NCBI RefSeq assembly: GCF_009914755.1 | Contig: NC_060945.1 | Length of the DNA stretch: 64,000 bases | Reading direction: 5' to 3' (one strand) | From: the human T2T-CHM13v2.0 reference genome, Homo sapiens | Notes under the pieces: generated by a model | What the model saw: only the letters and a program-made list of their open reading frames with translations | Databases searched by the model: none | Told to the model about the DNA's origin: nothing | Shown here: piece by piece, positions 40,571 through 56,655 of the stretch | How positions within the stretch are numbered: the first letter of the stretch is position 1 | Layout: each line of letters opens with the position of its first letter | Translations under genes and position numbers: made by a program

Positions 40571-40626
40571 CCCTACCGCCATGTCACAGCACATTGTCCA
40601 GGCCTCTAGAAAGCTCTTCTCTGCTA

Positions 40627-42571
40627 AGGAAGTCAAATTTTCTCTGTTTGCAGATGACATGATTGCATATTTAGAAAACTCCATCATCTCAGCCCAAAAT
40701 CTCCTTAAGCTGATAAGCAACTTCAGCCAAGTCTGAGGATACAAAATCAATGTGCAAAAATCACAAGAATTCCTATACACCAATAATAGACAGACAGAGA
40801 GCCAAATCATAAGTGAACTCTCATGCACAATTGCTACAAAGAGAATAAAATACCTAGGAATACAACTTACAAGGATGTGAAGGACCTCTTCAAGGAGAAC
40901 TACAAACCTTTCCTCAAGGAAATAAGAGAGGACATAAACAAATGGAAAAACGTTCCATGCTCATGGAAAGAAAGAATCAATATCTTGAAAATGGCCATGC
41001 TGCCCAAGGTAATTTACAGATTCAATGCTATCCCCATCAAGCTACCATTAACTTTCTTCACAGAATGAGAAAAAACTACTTTAAATTTCATATGGAACCA
41101 AAAAAGAGCCTGTATAGCCAAGACAATCCTAAACAAAAAGAACAAAGCTGGAGACATCACATTACCTGACTTCAAACTATACAACAAGGCTACAGTAACC
41201 AAAACAACATGGTACTGGTACCAAAACAGATATATAGACCAATGGGACAGAATAGAAGCTTCAGAAATAACGCCACATATCTACAACCATCTGATCTTTG
41301 ACAAACCTGACAAAAACAAGCAATGGGGCAAGGATTCCCTATTTATTAAATGATGCTGGGAAAACTGGCTAGCCATATGCAGAAAACTGAAACTGGACCC
41401 CTTCCTTACACCTTATACAAAAATTAACTCAAGATAGAGTAAAGACTTAAATGTAAGAGCTAAAACCATAAAAACCCTAGAAGAAAACATAGACAATACC
41501 ATTCAGGACATAGGCATGGACAAAGACTTCATGACTAAAACACCAAAAGCAATGGCAACAAAAGCCAAAATTGACAAATGGAATCTAATTAAACTAAAGA
41601 GCTTCTGCACAGCAAAAAAAACTACCATCAGAGTGAACAAGCAACCTACACAATGGGAGAAAATTTTTGCATCTATCCATCTGTCAAAGGGCTAGAATCC
41701 AGAATCTATAAAGAACTTAAGCAAATTTACAAGAAAAAAACAAACAACCCCATCAAAAAGTGGGTGACATTTATGTGGCCAACAAACATGAAAAAAAGCT
41801 CATCATCACTGGTCATTAGAGAAATGCAAATCAAAACCACAATGAGATACCATCTCATACCAGTTAGAATGGCAATCACTAAAAAGTCAGGAAACAACAG
41901 ATGCTGGAGAGGATGTGGAGAGATAGGAATGCTTTTACATTGTTGGTGGGAGTGTAAATTAGTTCAACCATTGAAAGACAGTGTCATTGTGGAAGACAGT
42001 GGGGTGATTCCTCAAGGATCTGGAACCAGAAATACCATTTGACCCAGCAATCCCATTACTGGGTATATGCCCAAAGGATTATAAATCATTCTACTATAAA
42101 GACACATGCACATGTATGTTTATTGCAGCACTGTTCACAATAGCAAAGACTTGGAACCAATCCAAATGCCCATCAATGATAGACTGGATAAAGAAAATGT
42201 GGCACATATACACCATGGAGTACTATACAGCCATAAAAAAGAATGAGTTCCTGTCTTTGTGGGGACATGGATGTAGCTGGAAACCATCATTCTCAGCAAA
42301 CTAACACAGGAACAGAAAACCAAACACTGCATGTTTTCACTCAAAAGCAGGAGTTGAACAATGAGAACACATGGACACAGGGAGGGGAACATCACACACT
42401 GGGGCCTGTCATGGGATGGGGGGCTAGGGGAGGGTTAGCATTAGGAGAAATACCTAATGTGAATGATAGGTTGATGGGTGGGGCAAACCACCATGGCACG
42501 TGTATACCTATGTAACAAACCTGCACGTTCTGCACATGTATCCCAGAACTTAAAGTATAATTTAAAAAAAA
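40627..42571 (+). mobile_element. 5'-truncated L1PA (~1.95 kb, disrupted ORF2 and 3'UTR)
   Basis: tttgcagatgacatgatt (RT FADDM), poly-A, TSD agaaagct(c/t)ttctct. Confidence 0.95.
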
Positions 42572-42920
42572 AGAAAGCTTTTCTCTCCTAGATCCACTGC
42601 CACACCCTGCCCAAATTATCTTTTAAATGACTAAATAGAATCATTATATTTTCCACTAGCATGAATTCTCAGCACCCTAAAATAAAATAAATGTTAAATT
42701 AAAGAGACACAGTTCACACTGAGAAAATTATATGATGCTATATTTAAAAAAAAAATATTTTTAACTATTATTTTTTAATCCCCTTTTGCTTTTCAGCATT
42801 TATGATCTAGTACCTGGCCATAGTAACATCCAAATGTGCTCATGGAGAGGCTTAGGGAGGAATAGGTTTAATCAAAAGTTCAGTTCTGGAAAATTTATAT
42901 ACGTTTGAGGTGATCATGGA

Positions 42921-43296
42921 TGTATTAGTCCATTCTCATGCCGCTAATAAAGACATACCTGAGACTGGGTAATTTCTAAAGGAAAGAAGTTTAATTGATT
43001 CACAGTTCAGCATACCTGGTGAGGCCTCGGGAAACTTACAATCATGACAGAAGGGGAAGCAAATACATCCTTCACATGGTGGCAGGAAAGAGAAGGGCAG
43101 AGCAAAGTTGGGGAAAGCCCCTTATAAAACCATCAGATCTCATGAGAACTTACTCACTATCACGAGAACAGCATGGGGGACCACCCCCATGATCTAATCA
43201 CCTCCCACCAGGTCCCTCCCCCAACACGTGGGAATTATAATTCGGATTACAATTCAAGATGAGATTTGGGTGGGGACACAGAGCCAGACCATATCA
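42921..43296 (-). mobile_element. THE1 (C/D-type) LTR
   Basis: tgtattagtccattctc...gagccagaccatatca. Confidence 0.9.
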
Positions 43297-43299
43297 GAT

Positions 43300-44170
43300 G
43301 TCCATGTGGAGTTGCTGCATAGGCAGATACTAATTTTAGAATTTTTATAGAGATAGCATGAAAGCCATGGGGCTAAATAAAATTACCTAGTAAGTGAATA
43401 AAGAGAAAAATAAGCCTCTGAGGCAAACCAGTTTAGAAATTATGCAGATAAGGAAGAACCAGAGGTTGCAAAAGAGATTGATAAGGAGCAGCCAATGAGA
43501 TAGAAAGAGAATCAAGAGTGAGGAAGATCCTGGCTTGGAGCAAAGAATGTGTTTCAAGAAGGAAGGGATGATCATTTGTGTCAAAACATGTTTAGAGGTT
43601 CAAAAACTGTTCATAGGTTAGACAATATAGGACTGAGATTTGGCTATTGCATTTGGCGTCATGCAGGTCATTGGCGATCTTGAACAATCAGTTCCTGCAG
43701 AGAGAAAGAGACAGGAGGCAGATCAGAGTAGGTTTGGGAGACTATGGGAAAAGAGAAATTGCAGACAATTAGTAGAGACAGTGATTTTTCAGAAGTTTAG
43801 CTGTAAAGGGTAGCAAAGAAATGGAAAATGGTGCTGAAGGATATGTGGAATCAAGGTGAGTTTGCTGTAATTTTTTTTATATGGAAGAAAGAAGACACAA
43901 CTGCAGGAGTGAAGCCCTTGAGCAGGTGAGAAGTGATGAGAAGCAGTGCACAAGAGGAGTATTTAGCCTTAGGACCAAGGACAGTCTATCAGTTTTAACT
44001 ACAGGAAAGAATATAGGGTATGTGAGTACAGGTACAAGTTGGCAGATTTTTATTTATTTTTCCATGAAATAAGAACCAAGGCCATCAGTTAAGAATAAGG
44101 AGCAGGGAGGTGGTTTTGGAGACTTTTGTAGAGAGGAGAATGTGCGAAATAGTTGTGAGACAGTGGAGGA
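43300..44170 (-). mobile_element. L2 fragment
   Basis: Purine-rich degenerate L2. Confidence 0.6.
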
Positions 44171-44361
44171 TTTACCCGTCTCAGGGAAAGCTGACAAACT
44201 CTTCTCTTAGGCAAGTCAGATACCTATCCAGGGGATTCTCAGATGGATAAAATAGTTTGAGCCTTTCAGTAGAGTTTCATTTCATTAGAAAAACCAAGAA
44301 ATACTAATTAGTTTCCATCCTTCATTAACTGCATTCAAAAGCACTAAAATAAATAATTTGC

Positions 44362-44710
44362 CTATTTCATTGTCCAACAGAATTTCACGGTTTGACCCAG
44401 CCAAGAATACAACTCCATTTCAATGTATTTCTATTTGAGCCTAAATTTATAGAACAATTCAGGAAACCATCAAGATTATTGAGTCATACAGAAGCATCTT
44501 TCTTCCCAGTGTTTGCTGATTGAGACCATAGCCTTAGATGAAGGGTCTCATCTCTGACCCAAAATTGGCCTGGAAAATGAGACAAGATATCAAATTATTA
44601 TAGAGCAGCTCAAATAAGGAAAACCTTCATTATACTATGCCAAAGTAAGGATCACTGAAACTTGGACAATGTCGATGGTTTGTTACTACATCTATCCATG
44701 ACACTTTGTA
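44362..44710 (-). pseudogene. Exon remnant, R2 S1-S3
   Basis: Strong acceptor ttcttttcttttttgttag|; DPYFGIV**..LISCLIFQANF..GYGLN; LDGFLN..LKWSCILGWVKP. Confidence 0.5.
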
Positions 44711-45319
44711 CTAACAAAAAAGAAAAGAAAATTGAATTATCTTTATTTGTAGTAACACTTTCCCTTTAAACCAAAGCAGCTTCAATAATCAAAATAATCC
44801 TAGGATTGTGACACTAAATGTTATTTTCAAAATATTTTAGGTCAGTTAACCAAAATAAATGTTCAGAATGCTGAACTTGATCAGAGTTTTCAGATGTCAT
44901 GAGTTATTTCAAGAAATATACTAATGCCCAAAGTAAACTGATAGAATAAAATAAAAGCCAACATTACTCTTGATTAATGGGAATACAAATAATGTAACGA
45001 CTAAGGAAGGTTTTACAAAATGACAGAGATTGGGATTGCTATATTTATGAATTGACAAGCAATTGCTCTATAAATTAAATAACAAAAATCAATTTTAACT
45101 GTTAACTGTCAACAATAAAAAATTGCCCAAAATTTAAACATTAAACTTCCACTAATATTTATCACTAACAACTTTTCTAAAAAAAAATTGAAGTTTTAAA
45201 ATATAGCTAAGTGATAGGATATGCAACTGTAATAAATTACTTTGAAATCTTGAATTTAACTATTACATTTGCCTACAAGCTTAGAAATATATGAGTAGAA
45301 GTAATTTAGATAGAATTCT

Positions 45320-47060
45320 GGTTTCTGCTCTGATATTAAAGAGCTTAGAATTTATTACTGTTATCCTCACAGGGAAAAAGTGGTCAGATAGAACATTAAC
45401 TTTTCTTGAACCCATCAGAGACCTGAGGTCACAGGGCAAGTTGCCAGAAATCTGAAGAGATGGGAGACACGGCTGAGACCTGCTTATCTGAAACAAAAGC
45501 AAGGGGAGTTTTAACTGGAAGGAACACTGAAATGATAATGTTGGTAAATGGTTTCAGGCAGAATATGGGCTAAGGTTACTGTGAGAAACTCCCAGGGGCT
45601 GGAGACTTGAGGGACATTTCATAGGTTTTGCTTCTAGTACCTCCACCATGTTCTCACGATGAAGATCCAACAAAGATTCCTGTGGCTGTGGCAGGGGTAG
45701 AGGAAGAGTCATCATTATAAAATAAGCCTATTCTCCTGGAAAAACAACTTCACCAGAACCTTATTCCAGCTGGTGGGAGGGAATTCTTCCTACTCCACCC
45801 GCTCCAGGATTGCTGTTTTACTAAAGAGTGGGTAAGGTGAGGGAGTATGAGGGGGAGACACAGTCAACAGAAGTAGGAGCTTCAAGGAAGCAGGTTGCAG
45901 CCAGGAGAGGGAGGAGAAGGCCTGAGTGGCAGAAGCTATACTGCTGGAGAAACACCTGTGAAGGTCATAGTCCAAGGACAAAGGACCACTGATACACTGA
46001 AATTTAATCAAAAGATTAGAGAATGCTCCCCACTCTGCCATACCATACCACACTGCTGTTGTTTAAATATTTGTCTCCTCCAAAACTCTTGATGAAATTT
46101 AATCCCCAGTGTGGCAGTATTGAGATGTGAGGCCTTCGAGATGTGATTGGGTCATGAGGGCTCTGTCCTCATGAGTGGATGAATTCATTAATGAATGAAT
46201 GGATTAATGGGTTATCATGGGAGTGGGATTGGTGGCTTTATAAACAGAGAAAGAGAGATCTGAAGGAGCACACTTGGTCAGTCCCCTTGCCATGAGATGG
46301 CCTGTGCCATCTTGGGATTCTGCAGAGAGTCCCCACCAGAAAGAAGGTTTTCATCAGATACAGCTCCTTGACCTCAGACTTCTCAGCCTGCATAATGATA
46401 AGAAATAAATTCATTTTCTTTATAAATAACCCAGTTTCAAGTATTCTATTATAAGCAACACAAAACAGACTAAGACACACACCAACAAAGCTAAAGTATT
46501 ATAGTGGGCTACACCTGAAAGAGCCACAAGGAGCAGACTCTCTTTGAGGAGGCATACTTAGGGGAGTCTGAGAGGGAAAACAAAAACAAGGGCAGTAGAA
46601 GACTTAAGCCTTTTCACATTTATGGTTAATGTAAATTTCCATGCTAAAGGTCTGTTTTTTCTCAATTCCTATTACTCATATGTGTCATTTGCACCTATCA
46701 ATACAAAATTACAAGGTCTGATGATAAAGCAAGAAAACACATAGTTTGAAGAGGTAAAGCAAGCATTAGAACTAGACCCAGATATGACACACATTTTTGA
46801 ATTATCAGATAGGGAATCTTAAATAATTATTATTAATATGTTAAGAGGTCCTAATGGAAAAAGTAGACAATGTGCAAAAATAGATGACTAATGCAAGCAG
46901 AGAGATAGAAAATCTAAGAAAGAATCAAGAGGAAATGCAAGAAATCCAAAACACTGTAACAGATATGATGAATAATGAGGTATGCACTCATCAGCAGACT
47001 CGACATGGCCATGGAAAGAATCAGTGAGCTTGAAGACAAGTCAGTAGAAATAACTAAAGT
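45320..47060 (+). mobile_element. Old L1 5'UTR/ORF1 region
   Basis: gaaaaagtagacaatgtgcaa...gaatcagtgagcttgaagac (ORF1-like). Confidence 0.65.
46052..46480 (+). mobile_element. MST-type MaLR LTR
   Basis: gaaatttaatccccagtgtggcagtattgag...acagactaagaca. Confidence 0.85.
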
Positions 47061-47869
47061 ATCTAAAAATTGGAAGAGACATTAAAAGTTGTCTACTGTA
47101 TCCATTTATTTAAGAACTGGTTTAAACACACGCCCTCTTTCCTGATGGGATTCCAATTATGTCAGTAATCATCTAATTCTCACTTTCAAGATTATTGCAA
47201 GCGTGTGATTTTAACATGACTATCATAGATAAAACAACTTTACCCATTCAAATACCATTTGGCCATTACTGAGCAATGTAACATACCAGTTATATACAGT
47301 TATAATTTAATTCAAAAAATTAAAAAGAGAGTCTACATTTTCCTCACTATTTGTGTAATATCTCGGCCAACTTTTTAACATCTCTGTATGATCATTTTTT
47401 AACTAAATGCCATATATTTTTCACACTGTACCCTTTACACTCAGCTAGCTACTGCTGCCTTGATACTTTCTGGGACTAAGGATGAGCTGTCAAACACTAT
47501 AACTAAGAGCTCTTATTTATGGCCTTGCTTCCTTGAACTCAGTATTTAGCTTTACTTCAGTCAGTGTCGATTTCAGTCCAGCTGTTCATGTTTGAGTATT
47601 TAGGTTACTTGCTTCCAAATACTCATGACACTGAACTATTGAAGGTCAAGTTACTGCTAAATGGACTGTTTTGTATATTATAATAGCAGAGGAATATTAT
47701 AGCAGTTTCATAAGATTATTAGCTTTTCCTACTTTCACAGACTATAATTGGCATTTAAGCTCATATTCATATATTCCCCATGCCCATAACTCTCATTTAT
47801 ATGTGTGATTCTGTGTTGTTATAGAGAGGGCTAAGAAGAGGTGGCCCAGGCCTTTAAGACATAATCAGA

Positions 47870-48030
47870 CTATACCTGTGGTATTAGCCTCACCTTGGAA
47901 GCTTTTTAAAAATTCTATCATTCAAGCCTATTTGAGGTGGGACCTGTTTGAGTTGGGGCCTAGGCATTAATATTTTTAAAGCACTCTCCCAATAACTGTA
48001 ATGTGCAAACGGGGTTAGAACTCCTGAACT
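47870..48030. mobile_element. MER5-type fragment
   Basis: ggggcctaggcatt...aatgtgcaaacggggttagaac. Confidence 0.55.
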
Positions 48031-48097
48031 ACTTTCTATAATAATAAAAATCTCACATAAATAGCTTTAAAAGAGATACATAAGAATGTCTCAAACA

Positions 48098-48165
48098 AAC
48101 ACACACACACACACACACACTCCCTCCCTCTCTCTCACCCTCTTTCTCTCTCTCTCTCTCACACA
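48098..48165. repeat. (CA)n(CT)n compound microsatellite
   Basis: Direct observation. Confidence 0.92.
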
Positions 48166-48543
48166 AGATTTCACAGGATTGAGAGATCATATCCAATAAA
48201 AGTTCGCAACAAAGGCTCATGAGCGTAAAGGACTGCAAAGGTTTTGGACAGGAGGCCCTGACTGAGTGGAGGCACATTCCTGGCAGAGGGAAACTGTGAT
48301 GGAAGGAAGGGAAACCAATACACTTCACAAAGACCTTTTTGAACAACATTGAAAAGAAAAACCCAGAAGAGAATACAATAAGGAATTGTAGAAAATAAGA
48401 TGAGACAGGGAGCAGGGTCCCCAATTAAGAGGACATCAAACTTACATTTTAGGGTGCTGTCATTTTAAAGTGTTTCTAAAACACTGTAGTTTTTCATATT
48501 ATTTAAATGTACAGAAACTTAAACCTATGGTCCTGTTACCCAG

Positions 48544-48885
48544 TGATATGGTTAGGCTGTGTCCCCACATCTCATCTTGAATTCCCAGGTGTTGTGGGAG
48601 GGACCCAGTGGGAGGTGATTCAATAATGGGGGCGGGTCTTTCCTGTGCTGTTCTCTTGGTAGTAAATAAGTCTCACAAGATCTGATGTTTTTAAAAAGGG
48701 GGAGTTTCCCTGTACAAGCTCTCTTCTTTTGTCTGCCGCCATGTGAGACGTGTCTTTCACCTTCCACCATGATTGTGAGGCCTCCCCAGCCACGTAGAAC
48801 TGTTACTCCAATAAACTTCTTTCTTTTTTCAAATTGCCCAGTCTCAGGTATGTCTTTATCAGCAGCATGAGTACAGACTAATACA
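48544..48885 (+). mobile_element. THE1 (A/B-type) solo LTR
   Basis: tgatatgg...ctaataca with 5-bp TSD cccag. Confidence 0.93.
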
Positions 48886-49116
48886 CCCAGCTTAGGAATA
48901 AAACACTATTAATGCAGTTGAAATCTCCTATGTTTTGTTCCATAATCATAATTAATTTCTCCCTTAGCAGAGATAATCATTATCCTACATTTGGTGTTTA
49001 TTATTCTTAAGCATTTCTTATACTCAGATGCATAGATATTACTTAGATAATACATAGATGCTTATGTTCCAAAACAAAACAAATACTCCAAGTTAAAAAA
49101 TATATTGTGAAGTTTA

Positions 49117-50032
<916 letters not shown>

Positions 50033-50299
50033 TCAGGAAGTTGGGTCTAGCTAAAACATACAGTACAGAAAGTTTTTGTGTCATCTAGGAGTATTTGGAC
50101 CAGCATGTAAAATTGGGCTTAGAAAAGGATGGATATCAAAAAATGGAAAAGAAATTTCAGCGTCTTAAATATAGAGAATGAGGAAGCAGAATGAGTCAAA
50201 CCAAGATACTAGGCTTTGTCCCCGAAGGATTAAAATAACGATGTGGTGTTGACAGATTCAGTGAGTCACAGTGGAAGAACTGGTTTCCAGGAGTATAGA

Positions 50300-51030
50300 T
50301 GTGTTGTGGAATTTGGCCCTGCTGACCATTCCCTCATTGCTGAAGCACTCTCCTCCCTAGCCTTCTGCCATCCCTTTCTTTTGGCTTTGTTCCTACCTCT
50401 TTCATTGTTCTAAGTCTTCCTTATGGTCTTCAATTTGTATCCAATTTTTCTTACAGCTAATACTCTCCTGGACTGACTCATTCACTTCCAGGGCCTTAAT
50501 ACACAAATGCTGATGACTTCCAAATTCTTATGGCCAACATGTAAAGTCTCCTCAGCTCCATATTTCATTTCTAATTGCCTATGGGTATTTATCCCACAGC
50601 CACTTTTAACATGTCCAAAATTAGTCTTATTACCATCTTATTGCCTTCTCATTTTATTCATCCCTTTTATTCTTACTTATTCCTGCTCCTTTATTCTCTA
50701 TCTCTGCAAATGTTCTCCAAGTTTTATCATCTTACCAAAGCTAGAAAACTGGAAAACATCCTCACACTTCTCCCTGAACATGAGCTGTGCCCACTATTTA
50801 ATGCCATGTCTTGCCAAATCAACCTCTTTAATTGTGCTTGTATTGTTTTCCACTTTTCAACTGTCTCCACTGTCTTAATCTCAGGTGGTTTTAACTATGT
50901 TCTCTGGCCTATTACAATATTCTGTAAACTTATCTTTTCACCCCTAGTCTTGTCCAATTCCTTCTCTCTGTCTCTCTTCTACTATGAGTGATTTTCTTAA
51001 ATATAAATTTGATCATTCCCTGCTCTTAGG
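50300..51030 (+). mobile_element. L2 fragment
   Basis: atgctgatgacttccaaattc (RT ADD remnant). Confidence 0.65.
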
Positions 51031-51234
51031 TGGAGGGGAAATTAGGACACCTCATTACCTTCTGCAGAAGCTTTCCGTCTTGTTCTTTTAAATCCTAATT
51101 AGGACTCTACAGAGTTAACTCAAAGACAACCAATGGCGCCAAGTCAGAAGCTGAAAGACAAGTGAATTATTTGATGAGACACAAAAGCGTTGAATTCAAA
51201 AGCACAGGCCCTTTTTTCCCCACTCGTTTTGCTG

Positions 51235-51460
51235 CTAGGAAATTCACTCAGCAAATATTTATCAAGTATGCACCATGTGCCAGACACTCTTCTCAGTGCT
51301 ACTCTATATTAATTCTACTAATTCCTATAAAAACCCATGGATATTATTTCAATTTTACAGATGAAGAAACTGAGGCATATTACTCAAGGTTAAGTTACTC
51401 AAGGTCCCCAGCTCGGTGAAGTCCAGAACCGGGACGTGAACCCAGATAATCAGACTCTAG
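51235..51460 (-). mobile_element. MIR
   Basis: ttttacagatgaagaaactgaggc core. Confidence 0.85.
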
Positions 51461-51727
51461 AATTTTGCTACTCAAAGTAGAATTCATGGGCCAGCAGAAT
51501 GGTAACACTGGTGATATTAGAAATACAGGCCCTGTGCTTCTACCCTAGACTTAATCATTATGTAAATTTTTACAAGATTTCCAGGTGATGTGTGCATTAC
51601 TTCATGCTTGAAAAGCTTTGCCTTCAAGTCTGGGTTCTTAACCACATGTCAACCCAATATAACAGTAGTTGACTTGTTCTTTCTTCCTCAGACATGTGAG
51701 TTGGCTCTCCTTTTTATGTACCTGTCA

Positions 51728-52188
<461 letters not shown>

Positions 52189-52357
52189 GGAAGTCATTAA
52201 TCCATTATACATTAAGTATCTGGAACTTTTCTGGTTAAAACAAATATATACCTATATCTCTAAGAGATATTATTCTTGATGTAGGTCAATTTTATAGGTC
52301 CTGAAGAGGAAGTAGTGTACCGATGTTCAAAATGATGTCTGGTCAGTGATGGTTGTC

Positions 52358-52359
<2 letters not shown>

Positions 52360-52414
<55 letters not shown>

Positions 52415-52582
52415 GGGAGGGGGGAGAGAGAGAGTCACTGTGTTACCCAGGCTGGAATGGAGTGTCTATTCACAGATGTGATCACAAGTCCCTGCAGCCT
52501 TTGACCCCTAGACTCAAGTGATCCTTTTGCCACAGCCTCCTGAGTAGCTGGGACTACAGGCACACACCACCATCCCTGGCTC
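52360..52582 (-). mobile_element. FAM/FLAM monomer with tail converted to (CA)n
   Basis: gtctattcacagatgtgatc 7SL-type motif; TSD caaacac. Confidence 0.75.
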
Positions 52583-53529
52583 AAACACTTGATATTAGTC
52601 TAATACCAGTAGCCAGACAGGCTAGAGGAGGGATGAAACCAGCTTTGTCTATGTAGTAGGGAACGTTGAGGATCAGATACCATTACAACCCTAACTGATA
52701 ACACAATCAGCTATCACAATCTTAACAGTGACTTGAGGTAATACGTATCTTCTAAGTTAATGTGGGAGAGAGGTGGGTTTCAGGATAAACTGTAAACCGC
52801 TCATTCTTATGAGACTCACTTGAGGAGGTTTCTGGACAAGCTTCCACATTGACTCCTCACTCACATGGAAGTTGTTTCCAGCACTTTGTGAAGTCTCCCA
52901 TAAAACATGTGAAACTCCATCAAGTAGTAATAAGAAATGGAAGGTTCACTGAAGATGTTGCAGAGAGAAAGAGAAGATGCCATGTCACACACCACACAGC
53001 AGAAATTTAGGCAAAATCCTCATTAGACATAAGAATTCTTAATGTTTTTCTTTCCCAAACACTTTCTTCCCAATCTCAATAGCTTTTCTTCCGTTTTCTT
53101 TCTTTCCTCCTTTCCTTTTTCAGGCAGTATCTAACAAACTGCAATACTCTTACCAGTATCAACTTTAATGCTAAGCTTAAATAATGTAAGCAAAGCATAA
53201 ACTGTAGAGTTCAAAACAGTAATAAATCTCCTAGCAGGTTTCACTATCCATCACACCCACCCAACCTCATTCTCAGGATCCTGTAAAACAAAAGCAGGTC
53301 TCTTCTAGGCGGGGATAGGGATATGCATTGTTAATAAGTTTCTTCATCCTGCTACATTCTCCTCTGGTGCCAGCACTTCTTCATATTTTCTATAGAACTA
53401 AGAATAAAAGCTTTTATTCTGGTGGCTAAGGGCTGAATGGACATGCTATCCTCAACATTCAAAAAGCAAAGTGCCTGCTCTTTGGATGAGTGCATGTATT
53501 TATTTATGTGATAAGTATTTGAAACAGGT

Positions 53530-54610
53530 CTTTAAGTTGCATATATTTATAAGATACATGTCATATTTTGATACACACATATAATGTGTAATGATCAAAT
53601 TGGAGTAATTGGGAGATCCACTACCTCAGTCATTGATCTTGTCTTTGTGCTGGGAATATTCCATATCTACTCCTCTAGTTATTTTTAAATATACAAAGAA
53701 TTACTGTTAACCACAGTCTTCCCATTGTGCTGCTGAACACTAGATCTTATTTCTACTATCTAACTATATTTTTGTTCCTGTTAACAAGCCTCTCTTTATC
53801 TCCCCTTCCCACTACCTTTCTGAGTGTCATTCTACTCTCTACTTCCATAAGATCAATTTATTTTAGCCCCCACATATGGGTGAGAAGCTGCAATATTTGT
53901 CTTTCTGTGCCTGACTTATTTCACTTAGCATAATGCCCTCCAATTCCATCCATGTTGTTGCAAATGACAGGATTTCCATTCTTTTTATGGCTGAATAATA
54001 TTTCATTGTGTGTATGTACCACATTTTCTTTATCCATTCATTTGTTGACAGACACAGAGGTTGATTCCATATCTTGGCTAATGTGAATAGTGCTGGAATA
54101 AACATGGGAGTGTAGATAACTGTTTGACATATTGATTTCCTTTCTTTTGGATATATGCTCAGCAGTGGAATTGCTGGATCATATGGTACTTCCAATTTTA
54201 CTTTTTTGAGGAATCTCCATGCTGTTTTCCATAGTGACTGCACTAATTTATGTTCCAACAAACAATGTATAAGCATTCCCCTGTGTCCACATCACCAATA
54301 TCTGTGTTTTTTTTTTCTTTGTAATAATAGTCATTCTAACTGGGGTAAAATGATATCTCATTGTGGTTTTCATTTGCATGTCCCTGGTAAAAAACATTTT
54401 AACTCTGGTGAGAATTTAATTGATGAAGGATTAATAACCAGAATATATAAGAAACTCAAACAACTCAATAACAAAAAAAAAGGACTCCACATAATTCAAT
54501 TTCAAAATAGGCAGAAGATCTGAATATAGACGTTTCTCTAAAGAAGACACATAAGTGGTCAATGAGTATATGAAAAAGTGATGCTCAACATCACTAATCA
54601 TCAGAAAAGA
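53530..54610 (-). mobile_element. L1MA-type element with 5' inversion
   Basis: Antisense 3' part 53530-54387; the adjacent upstream ORF2 segment lies in sense at 54415-54610. Confidence 0.85.
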
Positions 54611-55431
54611 ATCAAACAGAACTTACATATATTTTTAAATATTGAATTTCCACATGATGTTTCTCAGAAAAGGGAGTTCCCGTTTTAAAAGTAGTTTTCA
54701 AAATATTGAAAACAAATAATAGACAACATAAAGTCTTATGAGCTCAACCTTCTTTGCATGGTGCAAGGTTCCAGGTCATCTGGCCTCTTCCAGCCTTCCT
54801 AGCCTTTGCTCCTACTACGCTTTCCTTACTTCCACCATTCCCTGGTGATCCCACCAGCACTCTTAAGATTCCCTCGAGGCATATGATACTTCAAGCTTCT
54901 GTGCCCTTGCTTGTGCTGTTCTCTTCATTGGCCTTGGGAGCACTCACTTAACACAGTTTGAATAACTTGTAACAACTTCTATTGTTGCTGCTATAAAGAT
55001 TTTACTGATCTCCATTGAAATTGATCACATCTGTGTTTGTTACCCTGCATCTACTAATCTCACTTGTATCAATAGTATTCATGTGTGTTTTATCTTTAGT
55101 AAACTATGTTTTTTCACAGCAAGGACTGTTTTATTAATACCTACCCTTTTGTTTAATGTACTATTCACTTACTCGAGAACTTAAGCTTGTGCCTGATGAA
55201 AGTAAATATACTTTGAATCTCTGAAAGGGTAGTCATTTGAATAGTCCTTTTCAAACTGAAATGGCAAAAAGCTGTAATAAAAGAAAACTCATGTAGATGT
55301 GTAATCTGTATTAAGGCACACTCTGTTTGAGAAGAGTTAGTATGTCATGGGTTTTTTAAAAAAAAATTATTGTATTCTATCTTTAAAGTGTCTTGGGTAA
55401 GCATGTGGCATTAATAGTTTAGTCATAACTA

Positions 55432-55780
<349 letters not shown>

Positions 55781-55899
55781 AGGTGCAATTTTCAACTATT
55801 TCATAAAGTCTGAGATGAATCTTAATTTTTTAACATTTTCATTCCTAAAAATCTCTGCTCTGTTGAACAACAGAATTGTTCCTAATTAAGAATAACTCT

Positions 55900-56200
55900 A
55901 GCCAAGCAGAGTGGCTCATGCCTGTAATTGCAGCACTTTAGGAGACTGAAGTAGGAGGATTGCTTGAGCCCAGAAGTTTGAGACCAGCCTGGGCAACAAG
56001 GAGATACCCTGTCTCTACAAGAAATAAAAAATTAGCTAGGCATGGTCACGCATACCTGCGGTCTCAGCTACTTGAGAGGCTGAGGCAGGAGGATCCCTCG
56101 AACCTAGGAGGTTGCGGATGCATGAGCTATGATTGCACCACTGCACTCCAGTCTGGGCAACACAGTGAGACCTTGTCGCAAAAAAAAAAAAAAAAAAAAA
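55900..56200 (+). mobile_element. AluJ
   Basis: Alu consensus. Confidence 0.9.
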
Positions 56201-56317
56201 AGAATTCCATACACCCCCATTTGCAGTTTCTGCTTCTAAAGGAAATAAGCTTATTTCCCCACTTTCGGACTGTCTACAGTATTGTTGTACATGTAACACA
56301 TGACATTTAGCTGGTAA

Positions 56318-56655
<338 letters not shown>

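Noticed and set aside
40535-42515. Multiple ORFs resembling reverse transcriptase
   Set aside because: Fragments of a truncated, frameshifted L1 ORF2.
47348-47660. Unique minus-strand segment ending at a gtgagg donor; possible N-terminal or linker exon
   Set aside because: No recognisable channel motif in any frame, so it cannot be supported by eye.
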